64,000 nucleotides of DNA from positions 1,216,001 through 1,280,000 of the forward strand of contig CAWKNZ010000002.1 of NCBI GenBank assembly GCA_963851265.1, read 5' to 3'. A program made the translations under genes and the position numbers. Source of the stretch: an uncultured Gemmatimonadales bacterium. GTDB taxonomy: Bacteria > Gemmatimonadota > Gemmatimonadetes > Gemmatimonadales > Gemmatimonadaceae. Below the pieces are notes generated by a model, which was given only the letters and a program-made list of their open reading frames with translations, was not told where the DNA came from and searched no databases. This document shows positions 43,573 through 54,383 of this stretch, piece after piece (position 1 is the stretch's first letter; every line of letters begins with the position of its first letter).

Positions 43573-45837
43573 GTGGGACTCTGGGGGTTGTCGGGCGTCG
43601 GTCACGGCACCGCCGGACCGGTCGAAACGGCCGGCGCGGTGCGCGAGCACGCGCTCCGCGCGGGTGTGGCCGTCTTGCTCGCGGTCATTCTGTACCTGCT
43701 GTTCCCGAGCGCGCCCGTCGCAGTCGCGCCGCTGTACGACGTCGGGACCGTCGCGCCCGAGGCGGTCGTAGCGCCGTTCGCCTTCGACGTGCCGAAGTCC
43801 GCTGCGGCGCTCGCGGGCGAGCGCGCGGACGCCGCGAAGGCCGTGCCGCCCGTGTTCGTCCGCCGTCCCGAAGGACTCGACACCGCGCTCGTACGCCTCG
43901 CCGCGCTCGATTCGGCGCTCGCCCGGCCCGCCGAGGCCGACGCGCGTCTCGCCGCGGACGGTTTCCGGCTCACCGCCGGCGAGCTCGCGATCGTCAGAGA
44001 TCCGCGCCGGAAAGCGGCGGCGGTCGACACGGCGCGCCAGCTGCTCGAGCAGTGGTTGCCGCGCGGCGTGGCACAGACGAGCGCGCTCCGCGACGTCCGC
44101 GGCGCGATCGCGGTCAGCGCGCCGGGCGGCGCCGGCCACGCGGTTGCGACCGCCGACGCCGACAGCGTCGCGACGTTCGCGACGTTCCTCACGCGCGCGG
44201 TACGAGCCGGCGCGGCCGACCCGGCGTCGACCCTGCGCACGAAGCTGCTGAGCGCCAGCTTCGCCCCCACGCTCGTTCCGGACCGGACGGAAACCGACCG
44301 CCGCCGCACGATCGCCGCGAGCGGCGTGGCGGCTACGCGCGGTGCGGTTCGCGCGGGCGAGCGCATCGTCGGCGCGCGCGAGGTCGTCGGCCGCGACGAG
44401 TACGAACGTCTTCGAGCGCTCCGCGCCCTCGAGGAGCAACGCGGGAGGCGCACGGCGGGCGCCCAGGTCGCGCGCGTGTTCGGTGCGGTGTTACACAACC
44501 TCGTCCTGCTCGCGATCGTGGGCGTCACGCTCTTCCTGTTCCGGCCCGCGCTCTACGCGTCGTTCCGGACCGTGTCGCTCTTCGGGATCGGCTTCGCGCT
44601 CGTCGCGTTGGCCGCCGCCGCGGTCGCGCGCTGGGGCGACGGGCGACCGGAACTCGTCCCGGTCGCGTTCGCCGCGATGCTCTTCAGCACGCTCTTCGAC
44701 GCGCGGATCAGCACGGTCGCGGTCGTACTGCTCTCCATTCTGTTAGGCGGCCAGGGTCCGTTCCGCGGCACGAACGCGACGTTCATCTTCCTCGTCGCGG
44801 GCACGGCCGCGGCGGTGAGCGTGCGCACCGCGCGGCGTCGGAGTCAGGCGTTCGTGCCCGTGCTCGTCGTCGCCGCCGCGTACGCCGTCGCGGCGGTCAC
44901 GCTCGGGCTCGCGCTCGGGTCGTCGTGGGTCGCCGTCGCGATCACGGCTGGAGGCGGCGCCGCAGCCGCGCTCGGGTCGATGGTGGTCGGGATGGCCGTG
45001 CTCCCGCTCGCGGAGGACTTCACCGGGGTGGACACGTACCTGCGCCTCCTCGAGTGGTCGGACCTCAACCGGCCGCTGCTGCGCCGGCTCGCGGTCGAAG
45101 CGCCCGGCACCTTCGCGCATACGATCGCCATGGCCAACCTCGTCGAGTCCGCGTGCAACGCGATCGGCGCCAACGGCCTGCTCGGGCGCGTCGGGACGTA
45201 CTACCACGACATCGGGAAGCTCGAACGCCCGCAGTACTTCGTCGAGAACCAGGGACGCGGGCGGAACCCGCACGACAAGCTGAAACCGTCGGCGAGCGCG
45301 GCGATCATCCGGAGCCACGTGCGCGAGGGCCTCGCCCTCGCCGACGAGTACAAGCTGCCGAACGCCCTGCGATCGTTCATCACGCAGCACCACGGGACCA
45401 ACCGCATCGTCTACTTCTACGAGCGCGCCCGGGAGCGGGGCGACGCGAACCCGACGACCGCGGAGTACGCGTACGGCGGTCCGCTGCCGAACACGGCGGA
45501 GACGGCGGTCTGCATGCTCGCGGACGGCGTCGAGGCGGCCGCGCGCGCACTCCCCGAGCCGACGGCCGACCGTATCCGCGACCTGGTCGAGCGGATCGTG
45601 CAGCAGCGACTCGAGCAGGGGCAGTTGCGAGACGCGCCGCTCACGATGCGGCAGCTCGAAACGGTGAAGGAGGAGTTCGCGCGGGTCCTCCTCGGCATGT
45701 ACCACGGCCGGATCGACTACCCGCCGGCGCCCGCACCCAACGGAACTCCGACCGGGAGCGGCGCGGGTGACCCGCTCGCGCCGGCGTCGCCCTCCGCGCC
45801 CGAGCCGGTCGCGGTCGCCGCGGGCGACCGCGCGTGA
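43573..45837 (+). CDS. 7TM-HD membrane phosphohydrolase (PgpH/YqfF-like)
   Basis: N-terminal TM, extracellular domain, about 7 TMs, then APGTFAH, YYHDIGK, QHHGT, LADGVEA. Start uncertain. Confidence 0.87.
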   Translation: MGLWGLSGVGHGTAGPVETAGAVREHALRAGVAVLLAVILYLLFPSAPVAVAPLYDVGTVAPEAVVAPFAFDVPKSAAALAGERADAAKAVPPVFVRRPEGLDTALVRLAALDSALARPAEADARLAADGFRLTAGELAIVRDPRRKAAAVDTARQLLEQWLPRGVAQTSALRDVRGAIAVSAPGGAGHAVATADADSVATFATFLTRAVRAGAADPASTLRTKLLSASFAPTLVPDRTETDRRRTIAASGVAATRGAVRAGERIVGAREVVGRDEYERLRALRALEEQRGRRTAGAQVARVFGAVLHNLVLLAIVGVTLFLFRPALYASFRTVSLFGIGFALVALAAAAVARWGDGRPELVPVAFAAMLFSTLFDARISTVAVVLLSILLGGQGPFRGTNATFIFLVAGTAAAVSVRTARRRSQAFVPVLVVAAAYAVAAVTLGLALGSSWVAVAITAGGGAAAALGSMVVGMAVLPLAEDFTGVDTYLRLLEWSDLNRPLLRRLAVEAPGTFAHTIAMANLVESACNAIGANGLLGRVGTYYHDIGKLERPQYFVENQGRGRNPHDKLKPSASAAIIRSHVREGLALADEYKLPNALRSFITQHHGTNRIVYFYERARERGDANPTTAEYAYGGPLPNTAETAVCMLADGVEAAARALPEPTADRIRDLVERIVQQRLEQGQLRDAPLTMRQLETVKEEFARVLLGMYHGRIDYPPAPAPNGTPTGSGAGDPLAPASPSAPEPVAVAAGDRA

Positions 45838-46289
45838 GCGTCGAGGTGCACGTCACGGCCGAGGGCGTTCGCGTGCCCGTCGCCCTGGCGCGCGTCGACG
45901 CGCTCGCGCGCGCGGTGTTGCGCGGCGAGCGGGTGCGCGATGCCGCGCTGTCGTTCACGTTCGTGACGCGCCGCGCGATCGCCGGGCTCAACCGTCGCCA
46001 CCTCGGGCACCGCGGTCCGACCGACATCATCACGTTCGAGCTCGCGGGCGCGCCGGGCGTTCCGCTGGGCGGCGACATCTACATCTCGCCCGAAGTCGCG
46101 CGCGAGCACGCCGTCGCGTTCGGGCGCCCGGTTCGTGAGGAACTCGCACGCGTGGTCGTCCACGGAACGCTGCACGCGATCGGTTACACGCACCCGGAGG
46201 ACGCCGGGCGCGAGGCGTCGTCGATGTGGGCGCGCCAGGAGCGCTACCTCGCCCGGTTCCATCGCAGCAGCGCCGGAGCGCGCGCGTGA
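45834..46289 (+). CDS. ybeY: rRNA maturation endoribonuclease YbeY
   Basis: LN...PTDIITF, GDIYIS, HGTLHAIGYTH. Confidence 0.93.
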   Translation: MSVEVHVTAEGVRVPVALARVDALARAVLRGERVRDAALSFTFVTRRAIAGLNRRHLGHRGPTDIITFELAGAPGVPLGGDIYISPEVAREHAVAFGRPVREELARVVVHGTLHAIGYTHPEDAGREASSMWARQERYLARFHRSSAGARA

Positions 46290-47560
46290 TCCTGCTGCTG
46301 GTCGCCTGCGGGGCCCTCGCCCTCGGCGCGGCGTTCGCGTGCGGGCGCGCGCTCGCGGTGCTCCGACACGTGCACAGCGACACCCCTCCCGCGAGCCGCG
46401 TCGAGGCGGACGCGCGACTCTACCGCGCGCTCGGCGTCACGCGGCTCGCGGCGCACACCATCGCGGGCGCCACGGTGGCCCGCGCCGGTGCCGACGCGGA
46501 GCTCGGGTCCGGCGGGTTCGCGCTCCTCATGGCGGCAGGCGCGATCGCGAGCGCGTACGCCGAACTCGCCGGCCGTGAGGCCGGAGACGCAGCCGCGGCC
46601 GCGCGCGCGAACGCCGAGGCAGGGGCGCGGCGCGTCGCGCGGCTCGGCCGGATCGCGGTCGCGCCCTGGGTCGTGCTCACGGACGCGCTCGACGGAGCAC
46701 TCGCGCGCATGTTGCCCGCGACCGACGTCGACGACGCGGCCCGGGACGAGGCGACGGAGCAGTTCCGCGAGATCGTGACCGCCGAGGCCCAGGTCGGGGC
46801 CGGCGAACGCGCGTTCCTCGCGGGCGCGTTCGCGCTCAACGACACGCCGGTGTCCGACGTGATGGTGCCTCGCGTTGACGTCGTCGGCGTGCCACACGAT
46901 GCGCCATGGGCCGAGGTCGTCGCGCGCGTGCGCAGCGCGCGGCACTCCCGACTCCCGGTGTACGACGAAACGATCGACAACGTGGTGGGCGTGATCTACG
47001 CGAAGGACCTGCTCCCCGCGATCGTCGCCGACGAGCCGCCCGAACGGTGGGACCGTCTCGTGCGTGCGACGAGCTTCATTCCGACGACGAACCGGGTCGA
47101 CGACCAACTTCGTGACTTCCGCGCGTCGCGCAACCATTTCGCCGTCGTCGTCGACGAGTACGGCGGAACCGCCGGGATCGTCACGATCGAAGACCTCCTC
47201 GAGGAGATCGTCGGCGAGATTCGAGACGAGCGCGACGACGAGACGCCGCCCATCGAGTCGGAAGGGGCGGATCGCTTCTGGGTCTCGGCGCGGCTCACGC
47301 TCTCCGAGCTGTCCGAAGCGATCGGCTACCCCGTCGAGCACGACGAGGTGTCGACCGTCGGCGGGCTCGTCTACGAGTTGCTCGGTCGCGTCCCGCGCAA
47401 CGGCGAGCGGCTGACCATCGGGCCGTTCCGGGTCGTCGTCGAACGCGTGGTGCGGCGGCGCATCCAGCGCGTGTACTTCGAGCGACAGCGCGAAAGCGCG
47501 GCCGCGGCCGAGGCTGGCGTGGCCGTCGCCGCGACGACGGCCGACGACGCGGGCGCATGA
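46286..47560 (+). CDS. CorC/HlyC (CNNM) family protein with CBS pair and CorC domain
   Basis: VMVPRVDV, HSRLPVY, VVDEYGGTAGIVTIEDLLEEIVGEI, STVGGLV...LGRVP. Confidence 0.85.
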   Translation: MILLLVACGALALGAAFACGRALAVLRHVHSDTPPASRVEADARLYRALGVTRLAAHTIAGATVARAGADAELGSGGFALLMAAGAIASAYAELAGREAGDAAAAARANAEAGARRVARLGRIAVAPWVVLTDALDGALARMLPATDVDDAARDEATEQFREIVTAEAQVGAGERAFLAGAFALNDTPVSDVMVPRVDVVGVPHDAPWAEVVARVRSARHSRLPVYDETIDNVVGVIYAKDLLPAIVADEPPERWDRLVRATSFIPTTNRVDDQLRDFRASRNHFAVVVDEYGGTAGIVTIEDLLEEIVGEIRDERDDETPPIESEGADRFWVSARLTLSELSEAIGYPVEHDEVSTVGGLVYELLGRVPRNGERLTIGPFRVVVERVVRRRIQRVYFERQRESAAAAEAGVAVAATTADDAGA

Positions 47561-48531
47561 CCGGTCTGGTCGTCACGATCTGTGTGGTCGTCGTCGCGCT
47601 GTGCAGCGGCGGTGCGTTCGCGCTACGGATGGTGAGTCGTATCTGGCTCCGGCACCTGCTCGAGCGGCATCCGACGGGCGCGGGCGTCGCCGAGCAGTAC
47701 CTGTCGCGGCCGCAGCGGTTGCACGCGGCCGCTGGCGGCGCGACGGCGATCGCGGCGTTCACCGCGGGCTCGCTGGCCGGCGGTGGCGGTAGCGCGCTCG
47801 GCGCGTTACTCGGCGTCATCGGCGCGTTCACCGCGCTGTGCGTGTTCGGGATGGCGATTCCGCGCGGGCTGGCGCGACGGTTTCCGACGCACGCGGTCCC
47901 GATCGGCCTGCCGGTCCTGCGCGCGGCCGACGTCGTCCTCGCCCCCGTCCGCGCGCTTGCCGAACGCACCCTGGGTGCGGCGGCGCGGCCGGGTGTGACG
48001 CCAGAACCGTCGGCGCTCGCGCATTCCGAGCTGGACGACGTGTTGCGCGAGGGCCGGCTTGAAGGCGTCGGCGACGAGACGGAGCTCGCGATCATCAGCG
48101 GCGTGGTGCAGTTCGGCGGCAAGCGCGCACGCGACGTGCTGACGCCGCGCGCGCAGCTGTTCGCGATCGACGTCGCCGCTCCGCCTGCCGAGATCGCGCG
48201 GGCCGTCGCGGCGTCCGGGTACAGCCGCGTGCCGGTCTACCGCGGCGCGCTCGACGACATCGTCGGCGTGGTGCTCGCGTTCGACGTCCTGCAGACCGGC
48301 GCGGATCAGCCGCCGTCGGTGCACCCCGTCTTCGCGACCACGCCCGACGTGCCGTGCACCGAGCTGCTCGCCCGCATGCTCCGGGCGGGGCTGCACCTCG
48401 CCGTCGTTCGCGACGCGGCGGGCGTGACAGAGGGCATCGTGACGCTGGAGGATTTGCTCGAGGAACTCGTCGGCGACATCCGCGACGAGCACGACGAGCC
48501 CGGGCCGCCCGAGGACAACGCGATCGCTTGA
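47557..48531 (+). CDS. Second CNNM/CBS-pair membrane protein lacking the C-terminal CorC domain
   Basis: Hydrophobic N-half, VLTPR, GYSRVPVY, GIVTLEDLLEELVGDIRDEHD. Confidence 0.82.
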   Translation: MTGLVVTICVVVVALCSGGAFALRMVSRIWLRHLLERHPTGAGVAEQYLSRPQRLHAAAGGATAIAAFTAGSLAGGGGSALGALLGVIGAFTALCVFGMAIPRGLARRFPTHAVPIGLPVLRAADVVLAPVRALAERTLGAAARPGVTPEPSALAHSELDDVLREGRLEGVGDETELAIISGVVQFGGKRARDVLTPRAQLFAIDVAAPPAEIARAVAASGYSRVPVYRGALDDIVGVVLAFDVLQTGADQPPSVHPVFATTPDVPCTELLARMLRAGLHLAVVRDAAGVTEGIVTLEDLLEELVGDIRDEHDEPGPPEDNAIA

Positions 48532-48554
48532 CGGGGTGCGTTAGCTTCGCTCGC

Positions 48555-49715
48555 ATGACTTCGCCCGTCGCGACGCGCACCGACCCGATCGCCCGCGTGC
48601 TGGCCGACCTCGACGCGGGCCGCACCGCGGCCGTCGCCCGTGCGGTCAGCATCGTCGAGAACCACCGGCCCGGGTTCGACCGCCTGCTCGCCGCGCTTCA
48701 CCCGCGGCTCGGACGCGCGGAGCGCGTCGGCATCACGGGTCCGCCCGGGGCGGGGAAGAGCACCCTCACCACCGCGCTCGCGCGCGCGCTGCGCGCCGCG
48801 GGCAAGCGCGTCGGCATCGTGGCCGTCGACCCGACGTCGCCGTTCACCGGCGGCGCACTCCTCGGCGACCGGGTGCGGATGGAGGCGGTCGCGCTCGACC
48901 CGGGCGTGTACATCCGCTCGCTCGCGACGCGCGGATCGTTAGGCGGCCTGTCGAGCGCGGCGCGCGAGGTCTGCGACGTGCTCGACGGCGCGGGGTTCGA
49001 CGTGATCCTGCTCGAAACCGTCGGCGTCGGGCAGAGCGAGCTCGACGTCTCACACGCGGCCGATACCACGCTCGTCGTGCTGGTCCCAGAGAGCGGCGAC
49101 TCGATCCAGACGCTGAAGGCGGGCGTGATGGAGATCGCCGACGTGTTCTGCGTGAACAAGGCGGACCGTCCTGGCGCCGACCGCCTCCGCAACGACATCG
49201 AGCTGATGCTCGGCCTCCGCCGCGGCGGCACGGGCGAGGCACCCGGGATCATGGGCGGCCATCACGGCATCGATCTCGCCGCCCTCGCCGAGGACCCGGC
49301 GCACCGCGACCACGTCCGCGATCTGCTCAATCCGGCGCGCGCCGCGCGGCGGGCGGCCGGGGGCGACGGCGACGGCCCGTGGACGCCGCCGGTACTGCGC
49401 AGCGTGGCGTCGAAGGGTGAAGGGGTCGACGAGGTTCTGGACGCTCTGGCGCGGCACCGGCGCTATCTTGAAGCCAGCGGCCAACTTGCAGAACGGCGGC
49501 GGGCGCGGTTCCGCGAGCGGGTCGTCGAGATCACGGAAGAGAAGTTGCGTCGTCGGTTGTGGACCGACGCCGACACGACGGCCTGGCTCGACGGCCAGTT
49601 GCCGTCGGTCCAGGCCGGCGACGCGACACCTTTCGCGGTCGCCGACGCGCTCATCGCGCGGAGCGGCACGCTGCTGGGCGGCGCGGCAGGCCGGGCGGCG
49701 CGCGGCGACGTCTGA
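48555..49715 (+). CDS. meaB: MeaB/ArgK G-protein chaperone of B12 acyl-CoA mutases
   Basis: [50 protein letters not shown]. Confidence 0.93.
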   Translation: MTSPVATRTDPIARVLADLDAGRTAAVARAVSIVENHRPGFDRLLAALHPRLGRAERVGITGPPGAGKSTLTTALARALRAAGKRVGIVAVDPTSPFTGGALLGDRVRMEAVALDPGVYIRSLATRGSLGGLSSAAREVCDVLDGAGFDVILLETVGVGQSELDVSHAADTTLVVLVPESGDSIQTLKAGVMEIADVFCVNKADRPGADRLRNDIELMLGLRRGGTGEAPGIMGGHHGIDLAALAEDPAHRDHVRDLLNPARAARRAAGGDGDGPWTPPVLRSVASKGEGVDEVLDALARHRRYLEASGQLAERRRARFRERVVEITEEKLRRRLWTDADTTAWLDGQLPSVQAGDATPFAVADALIARSGTLLGGAAGRAARGDV

Positions 49716-49743
49716 CAACGAGCTCGGGCTCGACACGGAGACC

Positions 49744-51438
49744 ATGACCATGGCGACAGCACAGGAACTCGAAACCGCCGTCCGCGACCGCGACGACGAG
49801 ATCGCGCGGCTTCGGGCCGAGGTCGACGCGTGGCGCGCGCGCTACGCGAAGGGCGTCGTGCGCGACGTCGCGTACACCAACTCCGCCGACGAGGTCGAGC
49901 CGCTGTACACCGCCCTCGACGCGGGCGAGCGCGTCGACGCGGAGGTGCCCGGCGCGTACCCGTTCACGCGCGGCATCCACCCGACCGGCTACCGCGGCAA
50001 GCTGTGGACGATGCGGCAGTTCGCCGGCTTCTCGACGGCGCGCGAGACGAACGAGCGCTTCAAGTTCCTGCTCGCACAGGGGCAGACCGGGCTCTCGGTC
50101 GCGTTCGACTTCCCGACGTTGATGGGCTACGACTCCGACCACCCGCGGTCGGAGGGCGAGGTGGGCAAGTGTGGCGTCGCGATCTCGTCGCTCGCCGACA
50201 TGGAGACGCTGATGGCCGGCATCCCGTTAGGCCGAGTCTCGACGTCGATGACGATCAACGGTCCGGCGATCATCCTGTTCTGCTTCTACGCCGCCGCGGC
50301 CGAGAAGCAGGGCGTGCCCCTCGCGGCCATCCAGGGGACGGTCCAGAACGACATCCTCAAGGAGTACATGGCGCAGCACGCGTGGTGCTTTCCGATCGAG
50401 CCCGCGCTCCGCCTCGTCGTCGACATGTTCGAGTGGTGCTCGGCGAACACGCCGAAGTGGAACACGATCTCCATCTCGGGCTACCACATCCGCGAGGCCG
50501 GGAGCACGGCCGCGCAGGAGCTCGCCTTCACGCTCGCGGACGGCCTGACGTACGTGGAGCGCGGCATCGCGCGCGGCCTGAAGGTCGACGATTTCGCGCC
50601 GCGCCTGTCGTTCTTCTGGGACGTCCACAACGACCTGTTCGAGGAGGTCGCGAAGCTGCGCGCGGCGCGCCGGATCTGGGCGCGGCGGATGCGCGACGTG
50701 TACGGCGCGAAGGATCCGCGCTCGTGGATGCTGCGCTTCCACTCGCAGACGGCCGGCGTGACGCTCACCGCACAGCAGCCCGTCAACAACGTCGTGCGCG
50801 TCGCGTACCAGGGGCTCGCCGCCGTCCTCGGCGGCACGCAGTCGCTGCACACGAACTCGATGGACGAGACGCTCGCGCTTCCGACCGAAGAGGCGGTGCA
50901 GGTCGCGCTGCGGACGCAGCAAATCCTCGCGTACGAGACCGGCGTCCCGAACGTGATGGACCCGCTTGGCGGGTCGTATTACGTCGAAGCGCTTACCGAC
51001 CGCCTCGAAGCGGACGCCGAGCGGCTGTTCGAGGAGATCGAAGCGCAGGGCGGGGTCGTCGCGGGGCTCGAGGCCGGGTGGTTCCAGCGGCGGATCGCCG
51101 AGAGCGCGGCGCGTCAGCAGTGGGAGTTCGAGCAGCGGCGCAAACTCATCGTCGGCGTGAACGAATTCGTGACCGACGAGCCCGAACTCGGGATTCCGCT
51201 GTTGAGGATCGGCGAGGACGCCGAGCGCGAGCAGCGCGAGAGCATGGCTCGCATGCGGGCGTCGCGGGACAACGCGCTCGTCGCGGCGCGTCTCGACGCG
51301 CTGCGCGAGGCGGCGCGCGGGACGACGAACGTGGTGCCGCTCATTCTGGACTGCGCGCGGGCGTACTGCACGCTGTATGAGATCCGCGCGGCGCTTGAGG
51401 ACGTGTTCGGCGCTTACCGCGAGCCGGTGTTCTTCTAA
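49744..51438 (+). CDS. B12-dependent acyl-CoA mutase large subunit (isobutyryl-CoA mutase-like)
   Basis: [50 protein letters not shown]. No cobalamin domain. Start 49744 or 49750. Confidence 0.9.
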   Translation: MTMATAQELETAVRDRDDEIARLRAEVDAWRARYAKGVVRDVAYTNSADEVEPLYTALDAGERVDAEVPGAYPFTRGIHPTGYRGKLWTMRQFAGFSTARETNERFKFLLAQGQTGLSVAFDFPTLMGYDSDHPRSEGEVGKCGVAISSLADMETLMAGIPLGRVSTSMTINGPAIILFCFYAAAAEKQGVPLAAIQGTVQNDILKEYMAQHAWCFPIEPALRLVVDMFEWCSANTPKWNTISISGYHIREAGSTAAQELAFTLADGLTYVERGIARGLKVDDFAPRLSFFWDVHNDLFEEVAKLRAARRIWARRMRDVYGAKDPRSWMLRFHSQTAGVTLTAQQPVNNVVRVAYQGLAAVLGGTQSLHTNSMDETLALPTEEAVQVALRTQQILAYETGVPNVMDPLGGSYYVEALTDRLEADAERLFEEIEAQGGVVAGLEAGWFQRRIAESAARQQWEFEQRRKLIVGVNEFVTDEPELGIPLLRIGEDAEREQRESMARMRASRDNALVAARLDALREAARGTTNVVPLILDCARAYCTLYEIRAALEDVFGAYREPVFF

Positions 51439-51457
51439 GCGCGCCGGCGCCGCCGAC

Positions 51458-52252
51458 ATGCCGCCTTCGAAATCGCGTTCCGCGCCCAAGCCGCCGGGCA
51501 CCGCCGACTGGTGGGCGACGTATTTCGACGCGCACTACCTCACCGAGTACGAGCCGCTCTTTACCGAGGCGCGCGACCGTCGAGAGGTGGCGCGCCTCGT
51601 CGATCTGCTCGCGTTGCCGGCGGGCGCGCGCGTCCTCGATTGCCCGTGCGGGCAGGGCCGCCACGCGCACCTGCTCGCGAACGCCGGCTACGACGTCGAC
51701 GGCCTGGATTACTCGGCGGACCTGCTCGCGCAGGCCACCGCGCGCGGCACGAGTCCGTCGCTTCGGTTCACGCGCGGCGACATGCGCAAGCTCCCGGCGC
51801 GCTGGACGGGCCGGTTCGACGCGGTCGCGAACCTCTTCACGTCGTTCGGCTTCTTCCTCGATCCCTCCGACGACGCGCGAGTCGTCGCGGAGTTCGCGCG
51901 CGTGCTCAAGCCCGGCGGCGTGCTCGTGTGGCACGGCGGCAGCCGCGACGGCGTGATGGCCCGCTTCCTCGACCGTGACTGGTGGCGTTCGGAGACCGGC
52001 ACGATGATCGGGCACGAGCGATCGTTCGACGCGCTCTCCGGCGTGCTCACCGTCCGGACGTCGTGGCAGGGCCCCGACGGCGGCGGGGAGCGCGAACATC
52101 GCATCCGCCTCTACACTGCCACGCGCCTCGCGGAACTCTGCGCCGCCGCGGGGCTTATCGTCGAGCAGGCGTACGACGGATGGCGCGACCGACCGCTGCG
52201 GCGGCGGTCGTCCGAGATGCTCCTCGTCGCGCGTCGCGAGGACGCGGGCTAG
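51458..52252 (+). CDS. Class I SAM-dependent methyltransferase
   Basis: VLDCPCGQGRH, GLDYS, GDMRKL, FTSFGFF, LKPGG. Confidence 0.88.
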   Translation: MPPSKSRSAPKPPGTADWWATYFDAHYLTEYEPLFTEARDRREVARLVDLLALPAGARVLDCPCGQGRHAHLLANAGYDVDGLDYSADLLAQATARGTSPSLRFTRGDMRKLPARWTGRFDAVANLFTSFGFFLDPSDDARVVAEFARVLKPGGVLVWHGGSRDGVMARFLDRDWWRSETGTMIGHERSFDALSGVLTVRTSWQGPDGGGEREHRIRLYTATRLAELCAAAGLIVEQAYDGWRDRPLRRRSSEMLLVARREDAG

Positions 52253-52264
52253 CTTCTGCAACTT

Positions 52265-52702
52265 ATGACGCGCCCCATCCGAGTACTCGTCGCCAAGCCC
52301 GGTCTCGACGGCCACGACCGCGGCGCCAAGGTTGTCGCGGCCGCGCTACGCGACGCGGGCATGGAGGTCATCTACACGGGCCTGCACCAGACGCCCGAGA
52401 TGATCGCCACGGCGGCCGTGCAGGAGGACGTCGACGTGGTCGGTCTGTCGATCCTCAGCGGCGCGCACATGACGCTGTTCCCGCGCGTGCTCGACCTCCT
52501 GCGCGCCGAGGGGCGCGACGACGTGCTGCTCACCGGCGGCGGGATCATGCCCAAGGAGGACGTCGAGCGGCTCCGTGCGTTAGGCGTCGGCGAGCTGTTC
52601 GGCCCGGGGACCCCGACGAGCGCGCTCGTCGACTACATCAAGCGCTGGTTCTCGGAGCGCGAGGCGGCGGAGTCCCGCGAGGCGAGCGAGGCGGGGGCGT
52701 GA
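52265..52702 (+). CDS. Cobalamin-binding small subunit of acyl-CoA mutase (IcmB/McmB-like)
   Basis: [10 protein letters not shown] (DxHxxG), [17 protein letters not shown]. Confidence 0.92.
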   Translation: MTRPIRVLVAKPGLDGHDRGAKVVAAALRDAGMEVIYTGLHQTPEMIATAAVQEDVDVVGLSILSGAHMTLFPRVLDLLRAEGRDDVLLTGGGIMPKEDVERLRALGVGELFGPGTPTSALVDYIKRWFSEREAAESREASEAGA

Positions 52703-54349
52703 CCGCGCCCGCCGCGGCCCGGCCGCACGCGGCCGGCGCCGCGCGCCCGGCCGGCCGCCTGCGCGTACTGGCCGACGAGGTGCGTGCGCTCGAGGCGCGG
52801 CTGCGCGAGGGCGGCGGACGCGACCGGGCCGCGCGCCAGCACCAGCAGGGGAAGCTGACCGCGCGCGAGCGCGTCGTCGAGACTCTGCGACGCCGGCGCG
52901 CCCTTCGTCGAGATCGGCCTGCTCGTCGCGTACGACGAGTACGACGGCCAGGCGCCGGGCGCGGGCGTCGTCACCGGGCTCGGGGTGGTGCACGGTCGCG
53001 AAGTCGTCGTGGTCGCGAACGACGCCACCGTGAAGGCGGGCTCGTGGTGGCCCGAGACCATCAAGAAGATCCTGCGCGCGCAGGAGATCGCGATGCGCTG
53101 CCGCGTGCCGATCGTCTACCTCGTCGACTCGGCCGGCGTGAACCTGCCATACCAGGGCGGCGTGTTCCCTGGGCAGTACGGCGCGGCGCGGATCTTCTAC
53201 TACAACTCGATCATGCGCCGGTATCTCCGCGTACCGCAGCTGGCTGCGGTGATGGGGCCGTGCATCGCGGGCGGCGCGTACCTCCCGGCGCTGTCGGACG
53301 TCATCGTGATGACGAGGGGTACGTCGTTCATGGGGCTCGGCGGCGCCAATCTCGTCAAGGGCGCGACCGGGCAGACCACCGACAACGAGACGTTAGGCGG
53401 GGCGGTCACGCACACCGAACGCTCGGGCGTGGCACATTACGCGGTCGACGGCGACGAGGCGTGCCTCGACAAGCTGCGCGACCTCGTCGCCCGCCTGCCC
53501 GCCGCGCGCGAGGTGGCCACCGCGCCCGCGCGCGCGCCGGCCGCGCCGCCCGAGTCGCTGTACGACGTGCTGCCCGCCGACCACCGCATGTCGTACGACA
53601 TGCACGACGTGCTGCGCGCCGTGGTCGACGCGGGCGAGTTCGACGAGTTCCAGGGCAACCTCGCGCGCGAGATCATCTGCGCCGACGCGCGCATCGACGG
53701 CATCGCCGTCGGCGTCATCGCCAACCAGCGCGGGCTGATCAAGGGGCGCGCGGGGGAGCGGCCCCGCTTCGGTGGCATCCTCTACGCCGAGAGCGCGGAG
53801 AAGGTCGCGTTCTACATCGACCGGTGCGATCGACAGGGGATCCCGCTCCTCTTCGTGCAGGACGTGTCGGGCTTCATGGTGGGGCCGGACGCCGAGCACG
53901 AGGGGATCATCCGGTCGGGGGCGCGCTTCGTCGAGGCGATGGCGACCGCGCGCGTGCCGAAGCTCGTGCTCACCGTCAACCACGCCTCGGGCGCCGGCTA
54001 CTACGCGATGGCGGGGCAGGGCTTCGACCCCGACTTCATCTTCTCGTGGCCGACCGGACGCATGGGGGTCATGGAAGGCGAGAGTGCCATCCAGGCGGTG
54101 CACGGTCCGACGATCGAAAAGGCGCGCGCCGCGGGGGAGCCGGTCGGGCCCGACGTCGCCGCGTCGATGGACGAGATGCGCGCCGACTACGAGCACCAGC
54201 TAGACGCGCGATACGCCGCGGCGCGCGGGTTCGTCGACGCGATCGTCGCGCCGGAGGACACCCGCGCGGCGCTCGCGCGCGCACTCCGCGCCGCCCTGCA
54301 GAACCCGGGGCCGCACCTCGGCGCGTTCGTGCTTCCGCCCGGCGTGTGA
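52699..54349 (+). CDS. Acyl-CoA carboxylase carboxyltransferase (MccB/LiuB/AtuC-like); apparent +1 frameshift near 52878
   Basis: GGG...[12 protein letters not shown] in one frame, then FVEIG...ANDATVKAG...LVDSAG...CIAGGAY...GFMVG...GAGYYAM in the next. Confidence 0.87.
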
Positions 54350-54383
54350 ACGGGGCGCGCGTGCAGACATTTATTGCCAACTC

